Shown here: in pieces, positions 20,056-28,096 of the stretch
How the letters are laid out: every line of letters begins with the position of its first letter
Position numbering within the stretch: the stretch's first letter is position 1
Source of the DNA: Candidatus Woesearchaeota archaeon
Lineage (GTDB): Archaea > Nanobdellota > Nanobdellia > Woesearchaeales > CAZJJJ01
Assembly: GCA_046538795.1 (NCBI GenBank)
Contig: JBKHIF010000002.1
Location: 1 to 42,022 of the forward strand
Reading direction: 5' to 3'
DNA length: 42,022 nucleotides
Made by a program: the position numbers and the translations under genes
Notes under the pieces: model-generated
What the model was told of the DNA's origin: nothing
The model's database searches: none
What the model saw: only the letters and a program-made list of their open reading frames with translations

Positions 20056-20655
20056 ATGCTGGATTTTGTAATATCATTTTTAATCATGCTGAACCCATTT
20101 GCTTTGTTCCTATATCTTTCTCCAATCATGAAAGATCTTTCTGATAAGGATTTTCTTAAGGTTTTTTTCAAAGCAACAATGATATCTTTTGGCATATTTG
20201 TAATATTTTTCCTTTCTACGGATTTCTTTTTTACCCAGATATTCAGGATAAATTTTGAATCATTCAGGATTTTCGGAGGCATAGTCATATTTTCATTTGC
20301 CTATTACTATATCGTTAAAGGAGAAAAGGCAATGATAGTAATGAAAGGAGATTTAGACGATCTTGCATCAGAGATAGCACTTCCATTCATGGTAGGTGCT
20401 GGAACAATTTCTCTATCAATGCTTATGAGCGAACAAATTGATAAGATAAATGGAATTATATGTCTTCTTGTAGTTCTTATGAGTACATATGCAATAGTGG
20501 TTGGACTTAAATTTTTCAAGAAAAATATAGAAACCAAGAAATTTAAGCTGGTTTTCGACAGGATGATGGAAATATTATTGAGACTTAATGGGTTTTTCGT
20601 AGGAGCTATCGGTGTCAATATGATAATAATGGGAATACACAATCTGTTTTTCTAA
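20056..20655 (+). CDS. MarC-family (UPF0056) integral membrane protein
   Basis: 199-aa ORF with six predicted TM segments. N-terminus FVISFLIMLNPFALFLYLSP is typical of MarC. TATA CTATAAATAA (20023-20032) is 28 nt upstream. Confidence 0.7.
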   Translation: MLDFVISFLIMLNPFALFLYLSPIMKDLSDKDFLKVFFKATMISFGIFVIFFLSTDFFFTQIFRINFESFRIFGGIVIFSFAYYYIVKGEKAMIVMKGDLDDLASEIALPFMVGAGTISLSMLMSEQIDKINGIICLLVVLMSTYAIVVGLKFFKKNIETKKFKLVFDRMMEILLRLNGFFVGAIGVNMIIMGIHNLFF

Positions 20656-20668
20656 AAATCATATCAAC

Positions 20669-20732
20669 AATAACTCAAACCGATAGCAATTCCTCTGCCT
20701 GCTCGAAGAGTACCCTTGCAGGGCAAACCCCA
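20669..20732 (+). repeat. conserved 3' intergenic element, copy A
   Basis: AATAACTCAAACCGATAGCAATTCCTCTGCCT...GAAGAGTACCCTTGCAGGGCAAACCCCA. It matches copy B at 26/32 and 22/28 positions in two blocks and starts 14 nt after the MarC stop. Confidence 0.6.
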
Positions 20733-20821
20733 CAAAAACGAAAAGAAATGTTTTAAATTTCTGCGCACATTGAAACAAGGTTTCAATCGTGTTTCATGCG
20801 AACTTTTCAATAAAATAATGC

Positions 20822-22357
20822 TCATTTTTCAACAATGCTTTTCCCGGTCATCTCTGAAGGAACTGAAAGACCCATAAGCGTAAGAACTGTTGGAGCAACA
20901 TCAGATAATCCGGAATCTTCTTTCAGCACAGATCCTTTCATATCATCAGATACAATTATAAAAGGAACCTTATTCATAGTGTGGCTTGTCTTCCATTCCA
21001 GACTTTGGTCTTCTGCATTCCCATGATCTGCGAATATTAGTATTGTATATCCATGAGAAAGACCTGAATCAACTATTTTTCCTGTGGCTGAATCAACAGC
21101 CTTGATCGCTTTTTCTATGGCATCAACGTCTCCTGTATGACCTACCATGTCACAGTTCACAAGATTTGTTACAATAAGATCATATTTCTCTGTATTTATC
21201 TGTTCGACAAGCTTTTGAGTAATCTCATTAACACTCATCTCAGGGGATTTGTCATAAGTCTCTACTTTTGGAGATGGTACTAAGATGCGATCTTCTCCTT
21301 CAGATGGCTCTTCTTTCTGGCCGTTGAAAAAAAAAGTCACGTGGGCATATTTTTCAGTTTCAGAGATTCTTAGCTGCTTAAGACCATTATCTGCTATAAC
21401 ATCACCCAAAAGATTAGTGAATGATACATCCTCAAAAGCAACCCTGCCATTCATAGGCCTGTAGTACTGGGTCATTCCAACATAGAAAAGGTTTTTGTTC
21501 TCTCTTTCAAAACCATCAAACTCGTCCTCAACCAATGCTTTTGTAAGCTGTCTTGGCCTGTCTGTCCTGAAATTAAAGAAGATAAATGAATCTTTGTTAT
21601 TGATGCCTCCAAATCCTTGCTTTTTCATAGGAACGATGAACTCATCAGTTATGTCTTTATTATGGGATTCTTTCACAGCAGATAAGGCATCTTCAAATTC
21701 TGTTTCGCAATTTCCTAAAACAACACAGTCATAAGCCTTTTTTGTCCTGTCCCATCTCTTATCACGATCCATAGCATAGAATCTTCCTGAAATTGTCGCA
21801 ATTTCCCCAATACCTGTTTCAGAAAGCTTTTCTTTCAATGACTCAAGATGAGATATACTTGCATTCACCGGGGAATCACGGCCATCTGTAAATATGTGAA
21901 AATAAACATCTCTAAAATCCTGCTGTCTGCAAAGGTCTATAAGCGCAAAAAGATGATCCTTATGGCTATGGACACCCTCAACCTGAAGAAGGCCTGCAAT
22001 ATGCAGTTTTGAACTATTATCTTTGCAGTTCTTTATAGCATCTGTAAACGCTTTGTTTTCAAAAAAACTGCCTTCTTCAATTGATTTGTTAATCCTTTCA
22101 AAAGGCTGAAAGATTATCCTTCCTGATCCTATAGTCATATGTCCAACCTCAGAATTTCCCTGATAACCTGTAGGAAGGCCAACTGCATTTCCAGAAGCAT
22201 CAATAAGCGTGCTTGGATATTTTTCCCTAAGCACATCATCAACAGGAGTGTTAACCTGCATTATGGCATTATTTTCTTTAGACTGCCTCTCTCCCCAACC
22301 ATCACGAATTACCATAATTACTTTTTCTTTTTTTGCAGATTGATCTTTGGTTTCCAT
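20822..22357 (-). CDS. gpmI: 2,3-bisphosphoglycerate-independent phosphoglycerate mutase
   Basis: Motifs VIRDGWG, GNSEVGHMTIGSGR (catalytic Ser), HIFTDGRD, NLVNCDMVGHTG and ADHGNAE. I prefer the start at METKDQ (22357) because TATA TTTAAATA (22381-22388) is ~27 nt upstream. The TGA stop is at 20822-20824. Confidence 0.92.
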   Translation of the reverse strand: METKDQSAKKEKVIMVIRDGWGERQSKENNAIMQVNTPVDDVLREKYPSTLIDASGNAVGLPTGYQGNSEVGHMTIGSGRIIFQPFERINKSIEEGSFFENKAFTDAIKNCKDNSSKLHIAGLLQVEGVHSHKDHLFALIDLCRQQDFRDVYFHIFTDGRDSPVNASISHLESLKEKLSETGIGEIATISGRFYAMDRDKRWDRTKKAYDCVVLGNCETEFEDALSAVKESHNKDITDEFIVPMKKQGFGGINNKDSFIFFNFRTDRPRQLTKALVEDEFDGFERENKNLFYVGMTQYYRPMNGRVAFEDVSFTNLLGDVIADNGLKQLRISETEKYAHVTFFFNGQKEEPSEGEDRILVPSPKVETYDKSPEMSVNEITQKLVEQINTEKYDLIVTNLVNCDMVGHTGDVDAIEKAIKAVDSATGKIVDSGLSHGYTILIFADHGNAEDQSLEWKTSHTMNKVPFIIVSDDMKGSVLKEDSGLSDVAPTVLTLMGLSVPSEMTGKSIVEK

Positions 22358-22380
22358 GCATATCCAGAGAAGCCGGGTCA

Positions 22381-22388
22381 TTTAAATA
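22381..22388 (-). promoter_or_regulatory. TATA box for gpmI
   Basis: The minus strand reads TATTTAAA, 27 nt upstream of ATG 22357. Confidence 0.5.
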
Positions 22389-22408
22389 GTTAATGAAATC
22401 AGAAATAA

Positions 22409-22912
22409 TTATTCAAGTCCAAGAAGGCATTTCTGTTTTAAATAAGAATCTTCAACATTTTCACATATGCCATATTGTCTTGTTTCTTTTGCTACAAGCA
22501 AAAAGCAACGGTCCTTATCATCTTTGTTCTCAAAGCGCGTGCATTCGCCCGGCATGTTTGCTTCTGCCGCTACATTCATGAAACATGATTTCTGTATGGT
22601 GTCATTTAAAATATATTTATTTGAACAAAAGGATATATCTTTTCTTTCAACAGCAACATAGATGTAACATGATCCTTTTGATTCTTCAGCAACCATCCTG
22701 CAATATTCAGGATTTGCATCCTCGAGAAATCTGTTTGCAAAATAATAGTTTAAGGCGCTGTTCACAAACAATACAAAGACCAAAATAAGAACTATGAAAA
22801 CAAGTACGCTTGAAAGCATTGGAAGTTCTGTCTTAAATATTCTGCTTTTGAGTTTTAGGCTTTGTTTGTTCTTATTTTTTTTATCTGAATTAGGCTCTGG
22901 ATTTATTGCCAT
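22409..22912 (-). CDS. membrane-anchored Cys-repeat protein
   Basis: 167-aa ORF with one TM helix (LPMLSSVLVFIVLILVFVLFV), then four repeats of C-x3-(V/A)A-x-E-x4-5-C (CRMVAEESKGSC, CYIYVAVERKDISFC, CFMNVAAEANMPGEC, CFLLVAKETRQYGIC). Confidence 0.6.
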   Translation of the reverse strand: MAINPEPNSDKKNKNKQSLKLKSRIFKTELPMLSSVLVFIVLILVFVLFVNSALNYYFANRFLEDANPEYCRMVAEESKGSCYIYVAVERKDISFCSNKYILNDTIQKSCFMNVAAEANMPGECTRFENKDDKDRCFLLVAKETRQYGICENVEDSYLKQKCLLGLE

Positions 22913-22934
22913 ATAATTTTTTTGGAATCCTACA

Positions 22935-22942
22935 TTTATAAA
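22935..22942 (-). promoter_or_regulatory. TATA box TTTATAAA
   Basis: 26 nt upstream of ATG 22912. Confidence 0.55.
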
Positions 22943-22993
22943 TATAACTATTAAGGACTATATTTTGCAAAGCATAACTACATCAAACAAAGT

Positions 22994-23003
22994 TATTTAT
23001 ATG
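22994..23003 (+). promoter_or_regulatory. TATA box for thpR
   Basis: TTATTTATAT is centred ~26 nt upstream of ATG 23024. Confidence 0.5.
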
Positions 23004-23023
23004 CAAATATTCTGATTGATCTT

Positions 23024-23566
23024 ATGGATAAGAAAAGATGTTTTATTTCCCTTGATTTGCTTCCTGAAATGATTGAAGAAGTAGTGAAAATTCAGGACAA
23101 TATAAGAAAAAAAGAGCTTTTCAGAGGAAAATTCACTGAAAAAGAAAACATCCATCTCACTCTTAAATTTCTCGGCGAGATCAGCCAGGAAACAATTGAA
23201 AAGACAAGAAATCGGCTGAAAAAAATAAGATTTCATAGTTTTGATGCAGAGATTAAAAAGGCAGGAGTTTTTTCAAAAAAAGTCACAAGAATAATCTGGC
23301 TTACATTAGGTCCTGAAAAGGTTTTTGAGCTCCAAAATGCAGTAGATGATTCGCTTGAGGGATTGTTCAAGAAAGAAAAAAGGTTCATGAGCCATATAAC
23401 AATAGCCAGGGTGAAAACAATTTTTGATAAGCAGGATCTGCTGGATCATCTGGATAAAATTGAAAAAGTCATAAAAGGAAATATCCAGTCATTCTCATTA
23501 TATGAATCAGAGCTTACACAAAACGGTCCTATATACAGACTTATAGAACGGTTTTTTCTAGAATAG
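23024..23566 (+). CDS. thpR: RNA 2',3'-cyclic phosphodiesterase (2H family, LigT/ThpR)
   Basis: 180-aa ORF with two H-x-T-x motifs at the expected spacing: HLTLKFLGE and HITIARV. Confidence 0.85.
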   Translation: MDKKRCFISLDLLPEMIEEVVKIQDNIRKKELFRGKFTEKENIHLTLKFLGEISQETIEKTRNRLKKIRFHSFDAEIKKAGVFSKKVTRIIWLTLGPEKVFELQNAVDDSLEGLFKKEKRFMSHITIARVKTIFDKQDLLDHLDKIEKVIKGNIQSFSLYESELTQNGPIYRLIERFFLE

Positions 23567-23589
23567 GCTTTGTTACAAAACAATTTATA

Positions 23590-23667
23590 AATAACTCAAA
23601 CCAATGGCTATTCTCCTACCTAGATGAAGGGGTGCTCCAAAAGAGTATTCTTTCAGAGCAAACCCAA
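23590..23667 (+). repeat. conserved 3' intergenic element, copy B
   Basis: AATAACTCAAACCAATGGCTATTCTCCTACCT + 19-nt insertion + AAAGAGTATTCTTTCAGAGCAAACCCAA. It starts 24 nt after the thpR stop. Confidence 0.6.
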
Positions 23668-23733
23668 AATTTAGAAATAAACAAATCAATGCGGTCAAGC
23701 ATGAATTTGTAAAACAAAAAGAAACAAACCTAA

Positions 23734-23773
23734 CAAAAAAAAGAAAAGAAAAAGACCCAGACCATAGTCCGGG
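23734..23773 (-). terminator. hairpin plus long T-tract terminator of the S-layer gene
   Basis: Minus strand: CCCGGACTATGGTCTGGG hairpin (one mismatch) followed by TCTTTTTCTTTTCTTTTTTTT, starting 29 nt after the TAG stop at 23802. Confidence 0.6.
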
Positions 23774-23801
23774 CTGATTTTTTGCGAGGTGTTTAGTTTT
23801 T

Positions 23802-26273
23802 CTATTCCACAGGAGATACTTCAATGTCAGACATTGTTGTTCCAGAAACAATCACTTCAGTTCCTTTGAATTCATCATAATCCATGTAATTATGGACTAC
23901 TTTTGTAGCTCTTAGGGTATCTTCTGCGTTGTATCCTGCAACAAGCATTGCGACATTTCCATTGTTCTCAAACAACCTAATCATTGCCTGACCTGGCTCA
24001 AATCCTGCTCTGCATGCCTCACTTCCATACTCAACATCAAGAAGCTCTGCAGCAACAGTATTTGCGCATGGTCCTCCAACAACGATAACGTTGTGATTTC
24101 TCCAGTCCTGAGAATCTGAGTCAAGTCTTGCTGCACCGACAGCTATTGGAGCTATCTGTACTGCATCACTTGATTCAATGTCTCTTGACTCAACATTTCC
24201 TGCTGTAAGGAAAACCTGTGCCTTGACCTGCTCTTCAGGTATTGTTATGCTTAATTCGTCAGGAGATGATGTACTCCTATCGTTCTCAAAATGCAAGCCA
24301 TATGGTGTATAGCCAACAAACTTGTCAGAGTTTCCTATCTCACCCAGATTGATTCCTGATATGCTCATGTCGACTTCTGCATCAGATGCTGCAACATCAA
24401 AGGTTATTGTTCCTGTATCAGATGATGTATCATCCATCTTCTCAGCAGGCACATTCCAAGTCATCTCGACAGTCTCTGCAGTATTTTCAAAGATGTTCGG
24501 ATTGCTCTGGTTCATTGAAGGAAGATCAAACCATACACCAGATCTTGTAGTTGCAGGCATTGATACTGCATTTGCATTGCCGTCTCCATCAAGATCTGCC
24601 CAGATCATGGTATCATCTGAAGACGCATCAGACACAGCAACATTGAACTGCTTTCCACCCAGAAGGATATTAGCCTCATCATCCTGGTTCAATGTATACT
24701 GAAGAGTATTGCCAGTTCCAAGGTCTTCAAAGCTAAGCTCCCTGTCGTCAGAATCATATCCATCATATCTGAGTACATAGGTATATCTGTCTTCGACATC
24801 TTTTGTTCCATCTCCAACGATAAACATGTCATCAGCAGATATGAATGGATCTGAGCTTGCATTGTAAGCTGTCCAGAAGCGTCCGTCTTCATTTCCTACA
24901 TAGCCAAGATTATCCTCTGAAGCATGCCATATAGGCACAGTAATCTCTGTTCCGGCCTTGTTCACGAATGTGAACTCATAGTTGTCATCACCTGACGAGC
25001 TTATTTCAGCTTCGCTTCCTGAAGGTGTAGTTATACCTTCAAACCTGATGTCAAAGTTATTTCCCAATAGAATACCTCGTTCATCAGATTCAAGCTCTTC
25101 TGAAAGAGATCCTCCTTCAGGAACAAAGATATCGTCAGGAGATGCAACATTCACCTGTATTCTGCTTATCTTGAGAACACCAGAGTCTGTGTCATCAGCA
25201 GTTATGCTTACCTTTGCATCAGACAATGTCTCTGAACCCACTTCAAGAGAACCTGAACCTTGAGCTGTGCTGGTGTAGTCAGAATCTGTCAACACCATCT
25301 TGTCTGCTCCCAGATAGAATTCTGTGAAATCACGAAAACCACTGAATCCATCCTGAACAAGAGCTTCTCTAACACCTATCTCAGTTCCATCATCAAGAAC
25401 ATATGTCTCACCTGCTGCAATGCTGTCTGTAATCTCAGTTGTTCCATCATAAGTCACTGTAAACTTGACTTTTGTAATACCTGATATAGTTCCTATATAT
25501 GATGCGGTTACATCATATTCCTTGTTGTTCACAGTTATTGTCTTTGTAGCGCCTTCTTCAAGAGTTTCAGATGCCTCTCCGCCCAAAATTTCAAGAGTTA
25601 TGTCATCAGCATCTGTATCGACTTCTGCTCTGGTTATTGTATATTGCTTGCCCATTATAGTAATGGATCTATCCTGAATATCTTCAAGATTGTTTTCACT
25701 GTCTATGTCTGACTCAAGAGGCGTGGAAAACTCAAGGTTATACGTATATAGTGTTTCTTCGTCTGCTATAGTCAGATAGTTTGCAAATTCATCCCTGTCG
25801 CTGTCCTCTACAAAATCAATTTTCAATCCTGCATTAGCCGGAAACTCTATGTATTGATTATATGCAAAAGTTCCTTTTGAGTTTCTTACAGAACCTGACT
25901 CAAGCGCATTTAGGTTTGAATCTATATATACTTCCTTGACATTACCAAGATATTCTCCTATCTCAAAAATATCTGAAGCAGTCTCTGCCTTTGCGCTGTC
26001 TCCCACAACAACCACAGATCCTGAACCGTCTCCGTCAACAGGAACATTCATTTCATACTGAAGTCTTGTAGCTACATCTATTGCTCCAATCACATCAGGC
26101 ACTTGAGCATTTTCCCCTACAACAATCCATGAATTGTAAGCGCCCTCTTCAACAAATGGCTTTGGGAAATTAGCCAGGTCAGGCTGTGCAGCTGCTCCTA
26201 ATATAGTTGAGCCCATAACTGCAACACCAGCTCCTAATGCGATAATCTTATTTATTGCTTTTTTTACGTTCAT
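23802..26273 (-). CDS. S-layer protein (Methanococcus MJ0822-type)
   Basis: 823-aa ORF with signal peptide MNVKKAINKIIALGAGVAVMGSTILGAAA, an acidic Thr/Ser/Asp-rich beta-type composition, and the C-terminal hallmark NVIVVGGPCANTVAAELL. Strong SD GGTGAT 5 nt before the ATG. Confidence 0.85.
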   Translation of the reverse strand: MNVKKAINKIIALGAGVAVMGSTILGAAAQPDLANFPKPFVEEGAYNSWIVVGENAQVPDVIGAIDVATRLQYEMNVPVDGDGSGSVVVVGDSAKAETASDIFEIGEYLGNVKEVYIDSNLNALESGSVRNSKGTFAYNQYIEFPANAGLKIDFVEDSDRDEFANYLTIADEETLYTYNLEFSTPLESDIDSENNLEDIQDRSITIMGKQYTITRAEVDTDADDITLEILGGEASETLEEGATKTITVNNKEYDVTASYIGTISGITKVKFTVTYDGTTEITDSIAAGETYVLDDGTEIGVREALVQDGFSGFRDFTEFYLGADKMVLTDSDYTSTAQGSGSLEVGSETLSDAKVSITADDTDSGVLKISRIQVNVASPDDIFVPEGGSLSEELESDERGILLGNNFDIRFEGITTPSGSEAEISSSGDDNYEFTFVNKAGTEITVPIWHASEDNLGYVGNEDGRFWTAYNASSDPFISADDMFIVGDGTKDVEDRYTYVLRYDGYDSDDRELSFEDLGTGNTLQYTLNQDDEANILLGGKQFNVAVSDASSDDTMIWADLDGDGNANAVSMPATTRSGVWFDLPSMNQSNPNIFENTAETVEMTWNVPAEKMDDTSSDTGTITFDVAASDAEVDMSISGINLGEIGNSDKFVGYTPYGLHFENDRSTSSPDELSITIPEEQVKAQVFLTAGNVESRDIESSDAVQIAPIAVGAARLDSDSQDWRNHNVIVVGGPCANTVAAELLDVEYGSEACRAGFEPGQAMIRLFENNGNVAMLVAGYNAEDTLRATKVVHNYMDYDEFKGTEVIVSGTTMSDIEVSPVE

Positions 26274-26333
26274 AGCAAATCACCTTTTGGCGCTTTTCTA
26301 GATTGAAAACGCCTATGATATGCTAGGATCAGT

Positions 26334-26345
26334 GCTTTTAAAAGC
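26334..26345 (-). promoter_or_regulatory. candidate TATA box of S-layer gene (palindrome GCTTTTAAAAGC)
   Basis: About 66 nt upstream of the ATG. This would give a ~35-40 nt leader carrying the SD AAAGGTGAT. Confidence 0.45.
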
Positions 26346-26356
26346 ATAATTCAAAA

Positions 26357-26420
26357 ATAGTCACTCACAAGTTAATAAATAGTTAAAGCGTTGTAAAAGA
26401 ATAGTTAAAAAATAGTTAAA
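26357..26420. repeat. phased ATAGTTAAA direct repeats
   Basis: ATAGTcAct at 26357 and ATAGTTAAA at 26379, 26401 and 26412. Spacings are 22, 22 and 11 nt. Confidence 0.7.
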
Positions 26421-26443
26421 ATAACGACGAGAACAAGAAAAAC

Positions 26444-27967
26444 TCAGTTTAATATATTAAGCATCTTTATTGTAGCTTCTATTGCCGCCAAGAGCTGGTC
26501 TGAATCAACACCGCGGGTCTTGAAAATTTTTTCTCCTGTATTCCAGGTTATTATGGTCTCAACCAGTGCAGAGGTTTTTCCACCAGGAGGAATTCTTACA
26601 ACATAATCTACGAGTTCAGGCACCTGGAAATCATCTTCTTCAAAGATGCGCTTTATAGCATTCATAAATGCATCATATTGTCCATCTCCAATTGCATTTC
26701 CTCTTTTTTCTTTTCCTTCTATCTCTATTATGACTCTTGCTTCAGGCGAAAATCCCCTTTCGATCCTGAACTCATAATCAAGAATTTTTACTTTTTCTCT
26801 TGCTGGCTTTCCTATAACATCTGCAACTATAAGTGGAAGATCTTCTGAAGAGATTGCTTCTTTTTTCTGCGCAAGAGACTTTACTTTTTCAAGAACGAGC
26901 TTTTTTTGCTCTTTTGTAAGGTCTGAGTCAAGGTCTATTTCTTTAAGGTTCTGGTCTATCGATGCGATTCCTGAGGTTTTTCCAAGACTATATTTTCTTT
27001 TGCTTCCAAAACGCTCAGGATTAATAAGCGTGCAATATAAACCTCCTTTTTTATCTCCATCAGCATGGACTCCGCAGTTTTGCGTAAAGACATGTTCTCC
27101 GACAACAGGCATATTCTCAGGTATCCTTATACCTGAAAATGTCTCAACAAGCTTGCTTGCTGGTATAAGCTCTTTTTCATCTATGTTGGCCATATAATCT
27201 GAAAGATCATTAACTGCAACAACCAATGAAGCAAGCTTTGTGTTTCCTGTACGTTCTCCAAGTCCATTTATGGTAGTATGAAGACCATTTGCTCCTGCTT
27301 TAAGGGCAGCAAGAGAATTAGAAACAGAGATGTCATAATCATTATGGCCGTGAAAATCAAACCAAGCAGAAGGAAATTTTTCTTTGATATCTTTTACATA
27401 TTCATACGTTTTGTCATAATCAAGTATTCCAAGAGTATCTGCAAGCATTATTCTTTTTACACCAAGTTGTATGAGGTTTTCAACAAGATAGAAAACATAA
27501 TCTTTTGAATCCTTCATTCCGTTTGACCAGTCTTCAAGATAGACATTGATACGCATGTCATTTTTTTCTGCAAATTTGAAGATTTTCTTTATATCTTCAA
27601 CATGTTCTTCTTTTGTCTTTCTTATCTGATTTTCCAGATGCCTTAAAGATCCTTTGGTAAGAAGATTTATTGTTCTTGCTCCTGCCTTATAGATCCATTC
27701 AATAGATCTGCAGTTGTCAACAAAACCAAGAACTTCAATTTTGTCGAGTTTTCCAACAGAATCAGCCCATCGCGATATCTTTTTTACAGCAGTGAACTCG
27801 TCTTCTGCAATCCTTGCAGATGTTATTTCAATCGAATCAACCTTCACCTTTTCAAGCAGATACTTTGCGATAGAAAGCTTCTCTTCTGTACTGAAAGAAA
27901 CTCCTTCTGTCTGTTCTCCATCCCTTAAGGTTGTGTCCATTATGTGGATCTTTTTTTTGGTTTCCAT
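26444..27967 (-). CDS. cimA: (R)-citramalate synthase, Leptospira/bacterial type (LeuA-related)
   Basis: 507-aa ORF with MDTTLRDGEQTEGVSFSTEEKLSIAKYLL, NLLTKGSLRHLENQ, INVYLEDWSNGM, FHGHNDYDISVSNSLAALKAG, INGLGERTGNT, FTQNCGVHADGDKKG and the C-terminal regulatory domain YVVRIPPGGKTSALVET. It is closely collinear with Leptospira CimA as I recall it. Confidence 0.8.
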   Translation of the reverse strand: METKKKIHIMDTTLRDGEQTEGVSFSTEEKLSIAKYLLEKVKVDSIEITSARIAEDEFTAVKKISRWADSVGKLDKIEVLGFVDNCRSIEWIYKAGARTINLLTKGSLRHLENQIRKTKEEHVEDIKKIFKFAEKNDMRINVYLEDWSNGMKDSKDYVFYLVENLIQLGVKRIMLADTLGILDYDKTYEYVKDIKEKFPSAWFDFHGHNDYDISVSNSLAALKAGANGLHTTINGLGERTGNTKLASLVVAVNDLSDYMANIDEKELIPASKLVETFSGIRIPENMPVVGEHVFTQNCGVHADGDKKGGLYCTLINPERFGSKRKYSLGKTSGIASIDQNLKEIDLDSDLTKEQKKLVLEKVKSLAQKKEAISSEDLPLIVADVIGKPAREKVKILDYEFRIERGFSPEARVIIEIEGKEKRGNAIGDGQYDAFMNAIKRIFEEDDFQVPELVDYVVRIPPGGKTSALVETIITWNTGEKIFKTRGVDSDQLLAAIEATIKMLNILN

Positions 27968-28066
27968 TGTTTAAAAGAAAAATCAAGAATCAGTTTAAAT
28001 TTAAAAAACTTTCATCAGTCTTGATAACAAATAAATTAACTACTAAACAGGTGTAAAAAACAAACA

Positions 28067-28074
28067 TTTATAAA
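28067..28074 (+). promoter_or_regulatory. TATA box TTTATAAA
   Basis: 27 nt upstream of ATG 28097. Confidence 0.55.
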
Positions 28075-28096
28075 TAAAACTAATCTTCTTTAATAC

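Noticed and set aside
23585-23851. 88-aa minus-strand ORF overlapping the S-layer 3' end
   Set aside because: It overlaps the S-layer stop region, runs through the hairpin and T-tract terminator and repeat copy B, and has a low-complexity composition.
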